A stretch of DNA of 64,000 nucleotides from Macrostomum hystrix (taxonomy: Eukaryota; Animalia; Platyhelminthes). The stretch is from contig CATNEN010000037.1 in the NCBI GenBank assembly GCA_950097015.1, positions 2,046,001 to 2,110,000 on the forward strand, in the 5' to 3' direction. A model generated the notes under the pieces. It worked only from the letters and a program-made list of their open reading frames with translations. It did no database searches and was not told the origin of the DNA. Position 1 is the first letter of the stretch; every line of letters begins with the position of its first letter. The position numbers were made by a program, and so were the translations under genes. Positions 27,544 to 38,944 of the stretch are shown here, in pieces.

Positions 27544-28470
27544 TGGATTATTACAATTTTGTTGTGTTCTTCATGACTGGTCGATGACTAGATGAATTTA
27601 TAAGAAAGTCTGAATGGGTAATTCGTGCACCAGTCAAATCTGTAAATTCTTTTAAGAGACAAGAATTCTTCCAAATCTCCCGGGAGATGTCTGTATGGTA
27701 AGGTCGTAAATATTTTGTCAGCAGACTAAAAGTGCTTATTTCAGTCACAATGCAACTAGACTTGCAGCTCATAATGACTTAAGTAGGCAAAAATTAAAAT
27801 CATGTCAAGAATTCCCATATAAATTTTTGTGAAAATGTTGTTCCTAACTTCAAGGAGTTGATGCTACTGTCTGAGAGATCAATTTATACAGATAGCCCTA
27901 CTGGATAGTAATTTTAATTATTCATTGAAATCTGTGGCGTCACAAAATACTTCGCCGATTTTTTCCGAATTTCCGATCAAACTATTCAATTTCTATTCAA
28001 CGTCTAACAGTGTCGCATCGTCAGACAGAATATCTGGATAGTCATTGACTAATCATTGAACACTCGGCTTTGAGAAACAATCAGTCGGAGAAAATGAAAA
28101 TTAGATTTCTCTCTTTTTTAAGCCCAAGCGTCACGACTGCCAAAATTGAATGCTGGAAGCCTCGCAGTCTTGCAGATGGCACCCATTGTAGCCGGGCAAA
28201 TCTGGGCCAGAGATGAATCTTCTTGACATTGTCATGGCTTCTTCAGGATGAATTGCTCATTCCCGCCCCCTCCCATCTCCAGGGGGGTATTTAAGGCCGA
28301 GCCGACTGAAACTGTGAGTCCTGCCGAACCGCCTGAACAGCGACATATTTTTGGTAAGTCCAGTGTGCTGCTGATTGAAGCAGAAGAATTTACTTTGTTT
28401 CACTTGTTTCAAACGGATGCTTTCCTGAATGATTTCATGTTTAGAAAGTCAAAACATCTAAAGTCCAACA

Positions 28471-28860
28471 ATGTCCAAGATCTGTCAATTGCTTCTGGTT
28501 ATCAGTTGCGTGGCTGCGTGCATTCTAACCGATTGTCCAGCCAGTGGCTTCATCGTGTCCTCACCGAGCGGCAACAGCAACGGCGGACATCGGTACCAGC
28601 GACCTAGGAAGGCTTTCGATGCGTCTGCAATGTCCTGCAACCCGGCTCGCTATGAACCGTTGGTGCATAGGTTCAGGACTGCAAGAGCTGCCTATCTGGT
28701 CAGTGCTATCGATTCTATTCAAGCTATACGCTCTCCCTATGGCTTTTCTAAGAACAATGCGATTCTTTGATGTGCTTTTCAGAATCTGATCGACGAATTG
28801 GCTGCTTGCACTGAGGAGCTGCAGATGAAGCTGACGCCAGCCTCCGCTGACACCGAGTGA
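28471..28860 (+). CDS. Candidate small secreted protein / peptide precursor, 101 aa (exons 28471-28698, 28783-28860)
   Basis: Hydrophobic N-terminus MSKICQLLLVISCVAACILTDCPASG; basic site QRPRK; ctg|gtcagt donor and ttttcag acceptor (phase 0); probable 5'UTR intron 28354-28444 (gtaagt..tttag); TATA-like tatttaa at 28288; aataaa near 28950. Confidence 0.6.
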
Positions 28861-29387
28861 GCCAGAACGCAGCGGATAAACTCAAGCTTATGTTAATCTA
28901 GTTCCAATGAACTTCTGTCGACATTTTGCTGCTGGAAAAACAACAACAATAAACAATGATTTTGAAAGTAAAATGAAACATAATAAAATAAATTGCTAAG
29001 CACTCGCAGAATTAAAAGCATTCTGCTGTCTTACAATCTTTCCGATATAGTACTGTAATTCACCTTCTTTATCTCTTTATTGTCTTAACAACTGTGATGC
29101 TGAGGGGCTGATGCGAAAGTGAAATAACTTTCTCTTAACTAGCTGCTGCGTTGTGCCCAGGAATTCCAGTTATGCAAAAGTGCAGACAGCATCGGCAGCA
29201 ACAGCAGCAGCGCCAGTTACATTCGACTCCGAATCAGGAAATATGCTTGCTTACATATTGGGCTAGGAGAAAAAACAAGTACACAATGCCTTGCTTCGAT
29301 AAAGAAATGTGCTGTCGGTATTGTCACGAATTTTAGATTTTTTCCTGTCATGATGATTAAATACCTGGACTGAGAAGCACCCTGACA

Positions 29388-30449
29388 ATAGGGATTCTAC
29401 TTTGAGAATGAGGATTCTACTCTAATAATGAGGATTCTACTCTAATAATGAGGATTCTACAATGATAATGAGGATTCTACAATGATAATGAGGATTCTAC
29501 AATTATAATGAGGATTCTACTCTGATAATGAGAATTCTACAATGATAATGAGGATTCTACAATGATAATGAGGATTCTACAATTATAATGAGGATTCTAC
29601 TCTTATAATGAGGATTCTACAATTATAATGAGGATTCTACAATTATAATGAGGATTCTACTCTAATAATGAGGATTCTACTCTAATAATGAGGATTCTAC
29701 AATTATAATGAGGATTCTACTCTTATAATGAGGATTCTACAATTATAATGAGGATTCTACTCTAATAATGAGGATTCTACTCTAATAATGAGGATTCTAC
29801 TATGATAATGAGGATTCTACTCTAATAATGAGGATTCTACTCTAATAATGAGGATTCTACTCTAATAATGAGGATTCTACAATTATAATGAGGATTCTAC
29901 AATGATAATGAGGATTCTACAATTATAATGAGGATTCTACTCTGATAATGAGAATTCTACAATGATAATGAGAATTCTACAATGATAATGAGGATTCTAC
30001 AATGATAATGAGGATTCTACAATGATAATGAAGATTCTACTATGATAATGAGGATTCTACTCTGATAATGAAGATTCTACAATGATAATGAGGATTCTAC
30101 TATGATAATGAGGATTCTACTCTGATAATGAGGATTCTACTCTGATAATGAGGATTCTACTATGATAATGAGGATTCTACTATGTTAATGAAGATTCTAC
30201 TCTGATAATGAGGATTCTACTATGTTAATGAAGATTCTACAATGATAATGAGGATTCTACTATGATAATGAGGATTCTACTCTGATAATGAAGATTCTAC
30301 AATGATAATGAGGATTCTACTATGATAATGAGGATTCTACTCTGATAATGAGGATTCTACTCTGATAATGAGGATTCTACTATGATAATGAGGATTCTAC
30401 TCTGATAATGAGGATTCTACTCTGATAATGAGGATTCTACTCTGATAAT
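29388..30449. repeat. 20-bp minisatellite GAGGATTCTAC(TCT/AAT/TAT)GATAAT
   Basis: About 53 units. Confidence 0.97.
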
Positions 30450-31113
30450 TAGTATTATCAACGTATCCACAATTTCTCCCTTGAAGAATTACTCGTACAA
30501 ATCAATGAAAAATACTATTTTTTTTCTGGTTAAGCGATAGACCAATATCTAACGAGAATTTTTCTTAGTTGAATACCAATGAGTAGAAAATTAGTCATAT
30601 GATCTTGGTTATATTACATATACAGATTACATCTGTCCGGGCAGCATTGTAGTGCAAACATTTTTTACATTTGGTGTCACTACTCGTAATGGCGCTATTG
30701 AATAAAAAATGTATGTTCATACATACATAAAAAGATAACTTTTATTAAAATTCTCCGCAAAAATTCTTACAGCGACCAGCGCTGCATCTCAAATTTGTTG
30801 AGACTTGAAATAAAAAATCTACTAACTCGACAATCTGCTTGAATACTACTGACTACGGTTCCACACAATAAGTAGTATGTTTTACCATTTCAAGATCAAT
30901 TTTCACAGTTGCATAAGTAAAAAAATAACTAAAAAATTGAAGACGGCTATACTTAGAGGCAGGAGAAAAAATAAGTGAAAGAGACAGAATTCTAATTTGA
31001 AAGTACAGAACATTGTTCACAAAAGCAATTCCTTCATTCATTCCTTCAAAAGTAATCTTTGATAAAATTTATGTCAAGGCGAGATCACACTGCGGAGCAT
31101 TTTTTGCAGCCAA

Positions 31114-32484
31114 TCAGAAATCGAACCGTGAACCATCGGGATCTTCGCCATTGTGCCGACAGAGGCAGCAGCAGCGCCCATCGCGATAGCAGCAGCAGCA
31201 GCAGCAGCGCGCTCGGATGCGGCCGCCGGCAGCCTGGCAGCCGGCGCGGGCTCTACGGTGGCAAAGCCGGTTTCCACAAAACACGTAGGCAAACGGATCC
31301 AGGACGCTGTTGAGGTGAACCAGCAGTTCAAGGTAGAAGCTGCACGGACCGAGAAGGTCGGCTGGCAGCAGTCCAGCCCAGTCCACGCAGGCCAGGGCGG
31401 CTCGGGGCGCCCGGCAGGCAATGAAAAGCATCACGAGGAGCGCCAGAGTTCTCAGGGCCCGGCGGTGCTGCCTGGCCAGGATCTCGTTGATGACCTCCTC
31501 GGAGTCGCGCTGCCGGGCGTAGCGGCGCGAATTGGCGTCCAGCGAGAGGCGCTGCATCGACTGCAGGCTCAGGCGGGTGTCGCCGCGGTGAAGCGGCACA
31601 GCGGCTCCACCAGCGCCGGCAGCCGCGGCACAGCCAACAACGCCAATGTCGCAGAGGGTGTTGCGCCGACAGGGCATCTCGGTGTTGGCAGTCGGCGCCG
31701 CGGCTGCCTGGCGACAGGCATTGACAGGCACGGAGCACTTCCTGACGGCGCAGGCGCCGCCGCTGCTGGCGAGCAGGAGTTGCCGTGTGGAGCCACCGGC
31801 TCCGCAGTCGGTCGAGAAGCCCGAATGTCTGCGCAAGAATTTCAGCTTGCGGCTGCGCTCAATCTGGCGGCAGATGGTGAAATTGCAGCAGGCCAGGGCG
31901 CACAGGGCCGCCACGAATTCAACAACAACGTGGAGCCGCTGAAACAGCTGCCTGCCGCTGCCTTCAAGGCAGAGCCGGGGAGCCTGGCCGACTATGCAGA
32001 GGGCCCAGGCGAGTCCCGCAACGAGCAGCGGGGTCAGCCGGCGGTGGCTCAGCCTGTACTTGATGGGCCGGAACACCAGACAGGTGCGGTCAAGGGTCAC
32101 CGCCACCACGGCGCAGACGGAAGCCGACTGGGCCGCCTGCAGTGCCGCCTCGGTCCAGCGGGAGGCCACCAGACGCAGCCCCCCCGCGGCTGGCCAGGCG
32201 TAGAAGTACCAGGCGGCAGGTGTGAGCAATGTGAGCAGAAGATCAGCCAGCGCTAGATTTCCAACAAAGATTGAGTGCAGCTTCGACTGGGCTCCGCGGC
32301 GGCAGTTCAGCGACAGAGCGACCGCGTTGGCCGCAGCGCCGACTAGAAGGACGGCGGCAACGCCTGAAATGCTTAGCGCCAGTTCGAGATGCTGCGGCTG
32401 ATGCGGCAGATGCTGTTGTTGCTGCTTGTGAGTTCGATTTGAACTACTGTTAGCCAACATGGCCTCTAATAATTCAGTCTCCAT
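31114..32484 (-). CDS. Rhodopsin-like (class A) GPCR, intronless CDS, about 456 aa
   Basis: Seven hydrophobic segments: TM1 GAAANAV, TM2 NLALADLL, TM3 VTLDRT, TM4 LAWAL..P, TM6 LFIACRAP, TM7 LNSVLDPFAY. N-terminal NSS/NRT sequons, long ICL3. First ATG is at 32484 (the ORF track starts at TTG 32496). Confidence 0.9.
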   Translation of the reverse strand: METELLEAMLANSSSNRTHKQQQQHLPHQPQHLELALSISGVAAVLLVGAAANAVALSLNCRRGAQSKLHSIFVGNLALADLLLTLLTPAAWYFYAWPAAGGLRLVASRWTEAALQAAQSASVCAVVAVTLDRTCLVFRPIKYRLSHRRLTPLLVAGLAWALCIVGQAPRLCLEGSGRQLFQRLHVVVEFVAALCALACCNFTICRQIERSRKLKFLRRHSGFSTDCGAGGSTRQLLLASSGGACAVRKCSVPVNACRQAAAAPTANTEMPCRRNTLCDIGVVGCAAAAGAGGAAVPLHRGDTRLSLQSMQRLSLDANSRRYARQRDSEEVINEILARQHRRALRTLALLVMLFIACRAPRAALACVDWAGLLPADLLGPCSFYLELLVHLNSVLDPFAYVFCGNRLCHRRARAGCQAAGGRIRARCCCCCCYRDGRCCCLCRHNGEDPDGSRFDF

Positions 32485-33045
32485 GCTAGTTGGCAAAGCT
32501 ATTCAGTTCGTGCGTGTGTGTGGGCGGCTGTGAGGGATGCCAGACTTGCTGAAATAGCCCTGGACTGGGGTTGACGGCGGCGCAGGGGTGGGCGGTGGGG
32601 AGAAAGTGGGTGGACGGGACGGCAGCCTGTGGGATGGGATTTTAAGGATGAAGAAGGCGGAGAGGGTTTCACCTCTGTCTCTCTCTATCTCTCTTACAAT
32701 GTCCCCCAAAATCTCGACAAGCAGGATGAGGGCCGGCACACAATGGGATGGGGATAACGGAATGCGAGTCACTACCTGGTAGCGACTTGAAAAATTTATT
32801 CGCAATAAATTTCAAGTGTCTGGATTTGGCCAGATTTGAAACAATGAAATCTTTGACTCCGATGCCGCTAATGCGAAATGCGTGGGAGGCGCGTATCGCT
32901 AACAATGGCTGCTAATAACGATTCAAACTTGATTTTGTTGATTGAAAATTAATTTGACAATTTTGTCTTCACACTCGCGTGGGCGTCAATCGTTTCGACT
33001 ATAATTTATATCGGCTAGATTTCCTTTAATTGGAAATATGACTAT

Positions 33046-33120
33046 CGACATCAGCATTCGAACACAAGACCTCTCTCGGTCCGAAGTCCACAGCTCTGAC
33101 CGCTGGGCTACAAGCTCGTC
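33046..33120 (-). mobile_element. Isolated degenerate tRNA-like (SINE head) fragment
   Basis: Reverse complement gagcttgtagcccagcggtcagagctgtggacttcggaccgagagaggtcttgtgttcgaatgc has A/B boxes and resembles the family-1 head; the acceptor stem does not close. Confidence 0.5.
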
Positions 33121-33584
33121 TATAAGAAGGTACTTAGAAGGGATTATTTTTTTGATGATTTCGTGAGCAGTAGGACAGGGATGAGATGCACGGGGAAGCG
33201 AGAGAGATATTCAAGGAACAGAAGCTCTCATCCTGTCACCTCCCCCACTCCGCAATCTCCCAGGGCAGCAGTCGTGACTCAATCCAGGCCTATTTTGTAA
33301 AAGGGGGCGCGCGGCCAGTTGTGACCCGAGATGAACTCAGACGGGGGAGCAGCTGCGGCAGTGGAGTGCCCTGGGGGTGCCGAGTCAACCGCTCTCGGAG
33401 TGGTCGGGGCCTGGAGGCGCGAGTGTGAGCGGCTGTTTCAGACCTGCCAATCCGCAGTTCCCGGTGTTGTTATCTTCTGCTTTCCTACAGCACTCAATAT
33501 TGTCTGCAATCTGAATAGATCTGAACTCGGCTATTTAGAGCGGTTTGATTGATAGTTAAAGTACATAAAATTTAAAAAAACTGT

Positions 33585-33788
33585 CGACAGCAAAGCCGTA
33601 GCTGTTGCGCGGTACAGCGGTTCAGTCCATGGACTGGGGGGGACGCCACACCTACCCTCAATTACCCCAGCTGGATGTTGCAACCAATTTAGCAGTTTGA
33701 TAAACTGAAGCAATGCAGATCGAGTTAAGTGCCTGCTTTAGAACGCCAACTGTTCTGGTGGGGTCGGGAATTGAACCCCCGACCTTCA
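33585..33788 (-). mobile_element. SINE family 1 copy lacking the 5' half of the tRNA head
   Basis: Reverse complement reads ttgaaggtcgggggttcaattcccgaccccaccagaacagttgg..gcaggcacttaac..cagctggggtaattgagggtaggtgt and aligns to 744-861. The 3' boundary is approximate. Confidence 0.7.
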
Positions 33789-34162
33789 AAAAATAATGAT
33801 TAACAGTAGCAGTTAACTGTTGGAGGGCTGCGGGCAATGGCACATCATTTGGTGACACTAGACCCGCAGCCAGCGAGGAGGCAATTCTGCCCATTTCGCT
33901 GACTCCTGAGAACACACGCACACAGATACTGTACGCAGGCACACGCTCACACAGGTGTGTACATCTGCCCTGACTTTCGCATCGTCAGGCAGTGTACACT
34001 CTCACTGTGCCTTGGAGGTTGGCCCTCACGGGTGTAAATTGCACGACAAGCCCCCAAGCCTTCACTCCGCGGCTGCGCCCCAAATGAATGTGGCTTCATC
34101 GCGGATTCGAACTCAGGGACCTTGGTCGCTCCGCACACCTACTTAATACCACTGTACCACTA
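33789..34162 (-). mobile_element. tRNA-derived SINE family 2, copy B
   Basis: A box TGGTACAGTGG and B box GTTCGAATCC; body of about 290 bp is highly similar to 53890-54175; short A/T-rich tail. Confidence 0.82.
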
Positions 34163-34744
34163 TACTATTTCTCTATTCCAGTAGTGTGTATTGCGGTAAC
34201 TGCATCATTAAGCTTCAGTACCTATGGAAATATCAATGCCTGATATATTTTATGCTGATATACACTAGGGACTACAGTAGCTCCACTGCACTGATGTCTT
34301 AAATAAAAAACTATCATTTTTTCAGGTCAAAATCAGTGCACCACAAAAAAGCCAAGCCTAGCTTGCAAGCTTAAATCAAATGGAAGGGAACAAAATTTGG
34401 GATTATGGTGAAATGAGGTCGGATTGCTTTCCGCGCAATTGCGCGGAACTCTGACTAGATCAGATCAACTCAACCTGTGCTCAATTTCCTAACCAAACTT
34501 GCGGGCTGCAGGTCTTGCTTATCTGACATCAGCTTGCATTCTGTTTTTTTTAAACTTATCTTTCAGTTTCTGAATCACTCTCATCCTGATACCTAGTCAA
34601 GCGGAGGGTTGAGCCAGATTTCCTGAGGTGAAATGTTCGTTTTTACTCAGCGAGCGAGGGAGCAACGTAATGGTAAGGTTGACTGTAAGGGTTGACTGTG
34701 CGGACGAAAGGAATACTCAAGATACACTGCGAGTACATCGTTAG

Positions 34745-35487
34745 AGACAGGACTGATGTTGTTATGGACAATACTGATGTTGTTAAGGACAACACTGATG
34801 TTAAGGACAACACTGATGTTGTTAAGGACAACACTGATGTTAAGGACAACACTGATGTTGTTAAGGACAACACTGATGTTGTTAGGGACAACACTGATGT
34901 TGTTAAGGACAGGACTGATGTTGTTAAGGACAATACTGATTTTGTTAGGGACAATACTGATGTTGTTAAGGACAACACTGATGTTAAGGACAACACTGAT
35001 GTTGTTAAGGACAATACTGATGTTGTTAAGGACAGCACTGATGTTGTTAAGGACAACACTGATGTTAAGGACAGGACTGATGTTGTTAAGGACAATACTG
35101 ATTTTGTTAGGGACAATACTGATGTTGTTAAGGACAACACTGATGTTAAGGACAACACTGATGTTGTTAAGGACAACACTGATGTTAAGGACAACACTGA
35201 TGTTGTTAAGGACAACACTGATGTTGTTAAGGACAACACTGATGTTAAGGACAACACTGATGTTGTTAAGGACAACACTGATGTTAAGGACAACACTGAT
35301 GTTGTTAGGGACAACACTGATGTTGTTAAGGACAATACTGATTTTGTTAGGGACAATACTGATGTTGTTAAGGACAACACTGATGTTAAGGACAACACTG
35401 ATGTTGTTAAGGACAATACTGATGTTGTTAAGGACAGCACTGATGTTGTTAAGGACAACACTGATGTTGTTAGGGACAATACTGATT
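34745..35487. repeat. 18/21-bp minisatellite ACTGATGTT(GTT)AAGGACAAC
   Basis: Direct reading. Confidence 0.95.
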
Positions 35488-36134
35488 GTCAGGAGCCAGG
35501 ATGCAGCCGTTCAGAAAGTAGTCAAATTAATTATTGACTTCAGCTTCAATTAGGGGGACAAGAATTGAAGTTAGAGAAAAGGGCAATTAGGGGGAATCTT
35601 ACCTACTTGGGCGCTGACTAGCATACACAATGCTCTTCGATTAGGAAGTTCCGATTTGCTCAGACGAAATGATTAGAAATTAAAAAAAGACAATTTTAGC
35701 ACTCTCTAGCAGAATATTCCTATCAGTCTTCTTCTTTTAGCGCGAAAAAAGCGAAACAGTTGAAGAAAATCTCCAGATGAAATTCAATCTTACTGATGGC
35801 TCATATTCCATAGTTTCAGAGCGTAGAAAGGTCGAGACCATCAATCAACAGGATTGAGAGTGAGCTGGAATTGAATGACATCTGGCCCTCATTCACTTGC
35901 CGCTGCAAACTTGCCCAGTGTTGACAGCTGACTTATACTCAACAAACTGCCTGACGAGATGAAACAACGAGGCGACACGTGAGCGATTTTGTTAAACTGA
36001 GATTATTGCACGAGCTGCTGTACTAGTGCAACGAAGTTTTCTTCTACTGAAGGATTTTCTACTACTGTGTCAATTTCCCATTTCTAGGTCAATATGTCCT
36101 TTTCTTCATTCTTCTCTGTGTATTTCCTTTCTCC

Positions 36135-37548
36135 CGCTACCTGTCTCCCCATCTCTACCTGTCTTCTATCTCTACCTGTCTCCCATCTCTACCTGTCTCC
36201 CATCTCTACTTGTCTCCCATCTCTACTTGTCTCCCATCTCTACTTGTCTCCCATCTCTACCATGTATCCTATCTCTACTTGTCTCCCATCTCTACCTTGT
36301 CTCCCATCTCTACCTAGTCTTCCTATCTCTACCTGTCTCCCATCTCTACCTGTCTCCCATCTCTACCTGTCTCCCATCTCTACCTGTATCCTATCTCTAC
36401 TTGTCTCCCATCTCTACCTGTCTCCCATCTCTACCTGTCTCCCATCTCTACCTGTCTCCCATCTCTACTTGTCTCCCATCTCTACCTGTCTCCCATCTCT
36501 ACCTGTATCCTATCTCTACTTGTCTCCCATCTCTACCTGTCTCCCATCTCTACCTGTCTTCTATCTCTACCTGTCTCCCATCTCTACCTGTCTCCCATCT
36601 CTACCTGTCTCCCATCTCTATTTGTCTCCCATCTCTACCTATCTCCCATCTCTACCTGTCTCCTATTTCTACCTGTCTCCCATATCTACCTGTCTCCCAT
36701 CTCCACTTGTCTCCTATCTCTACTTGTCTCCCATCTCTACTTGTCTCCCATCTCTACCTTTCTCCCATCTCTACTTGTCTCCCATCTCTACTTGTCTCCC
36801 ATCTCTACTTATCTCCCATCTCTACTTGTCTCCCATCTCTACTTGTCTCCCATCTCTACCTGTCTCCCATCTCTACCTGTCTCCTATCTCTACTTATCTC
36901 CCATCTCTACTTGTCTCCCATCTCTACCTGTCTCCCATCTCTACCTGTCTCCCATCTCTACTTATCTCCCATCTCTATTTGTCTCCCATCTCAACCTGTC
37001 TCCCATCTCTACCTGTCTCCCATCTCTACCTGTCTCCCATCTCTCCCTGTCTCCCATCTCTACCTGTCTCCCATCTCTACCTGTCTCCTATTTCTACCTG
37101 TCTCCCATATCTACCTGTCTCCCATCTCCACTTGTCTCCTATCTCTACTTGTCTCCCATCTCTACTTGTCTCCCATCTCTACCTGTCTTCCATCTCTACT
37201 TGTCTCCCATCTCTACCTGTCTCCCATCTCTATTTGTCTCCCATCTCTACCTGTCTCCCATTTCTACCTGTCTCCCATCTCTACTTGTCTCCCATCTCTA
37301 CCTGTCTCCCATCTCTACCTGTCTCCCATCTCTACTTGTCTCCCATCTCTACCTGTCTCCCCATCTCTACCTGTCTCCCATCTCTACTTGTCTCCCATCT
37401 CTACCTGTCTCCCATCTCTACTTGTCTCCCCATCTCTACCTGTCTGCCATCTCTACTTGTCTCCCATCTCTACCTGTCTTCCATCTCTACTTGTCTCCCA
37501 TCTCTACCTGTCTCCCATCTCTCCCTGTCTCCCATCTCTACCTATGTT
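36135..37548. repeat. 17-bp pyrimidine-rich minisatellite CTCCCATCTCTAC(C/T)TGT
   Basis: About 83 units. Confidence 0.97.
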
Positions 37549-37981
37549 TCCATCCCTCCGGAAAGAAACGAAAGTTATTAAGCAACGTAGGCAATTGTAT
37601 CGTTTTCTTAAAATAACTTCACTTCCTTATTTAGCTGTGGAATAATTCTATACAGTTTATTCATCCTGTCAAAATGGAAATCCTAAAAATTTGTTACGCA
37701 GCACAACGGAGCAATGTGAAAACGCATTGATAACTTGCTACATCAAGCTGCAGACATTGAAACTATTCTATTGATTTTCAGTCCAGCACTTCGGCGCCAA
37801 AGTTAAAATATTCGCTACCGCCTATGCTACATTATACAGATCAACTGTATACTTACAGACTCGCAGGAAGTTAAAAATTAAAATTTCACTTCTAAATTTT
37901 ATATCAGAAGCCTTTTAAAAGATTTGCAGCTATAGTGCTGCTTGCAATAGCTTCACGAATTTTGAACTGCACCTGATGAAT

Positions 37982-38447
37982 TAGCTGAATGGTGCCTGAG
38001 GTATTGGCTGAATGATTCCTGAGGTATTGGCTGAATGGTGCCTGAGGTATTGGCTGAATGGTGCCTGAGGTATTGGCTGAATGGTGCCTGAGGTATTGGC
38101 TGAATGGTGCCTGAGGTATTGGCTGAATTGTGCCTGAGGTATTGGCTGAATGGTGCCTGAGGTATTGGCTGAATGGTGCCTGAGGTATTGGCTGAATGGT
38201 GCCTGAGGTATTGGCTGAATGGTGCCTGAGGTATTGGCTGAATGGTGCCTGAGGTATTGGCTGAATGGTGCCTGAGGTATTGGCTGAATGATGCCTGAGG
38301 TATTGGCTGAATGGTGCCTGAGGTATTGGCTGAATGGTGCCTGAGGTATTGGCTGAATGGTGCCTGAGGTATTGGCTGAATGGTGCCTGAGGTATTGGCT
38401 GAATGGTGCCTGAGGTATTGGCTGAATGGTGCCTGAGGTATTGGCTG
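37982..38447. repeat. 23-bp minisatellite GGTATTGGCTGAATGGTGCCTGA
   Basis: About 20 units. Confidence 0.97.
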
Positions 38448-38944
38448 ATGTCTGCATGCTGCAGTCAGTATGAAGCCAGCCTAGCACTTGATACCTAGAT
38501 AAATTATTCAGTAAATTTCTCATACATCATTGGCATCACAGGTACAGGTGCTAGATTATTATCGTCCGTAAACCCTGTCATCTGACAGATTTAGGACTTT
38601 TATTTTAGCCAGCCGCACGGGTATTTTGCAGTAATTATATGATTTTTTGCAACCGGAATGTGCTTGCATATACAGTGTAGGTTTCATAAAACCGTTTGTC
38701 TAACAGACGAAGTCATCACTCTCGTCCTACTGCGCATCCTGTAATTCTGTCTAAAAAAGCGATGTTTTTCCTTAGTTTCTTGCCTTATAACTTGCCTCGT
38801 CATCCTATAACTTCAGTGGAGAATACGAGCTAAATTTCAAGAAAGTGCAAAAAACAATGATTAATTGTCTAGAGTTTGACCTTGTTAATTACTGCTCTTC
38901 TAAGGTAGTGGTAGTTTGAGGTGGCACTCATGAAACCACATTTG

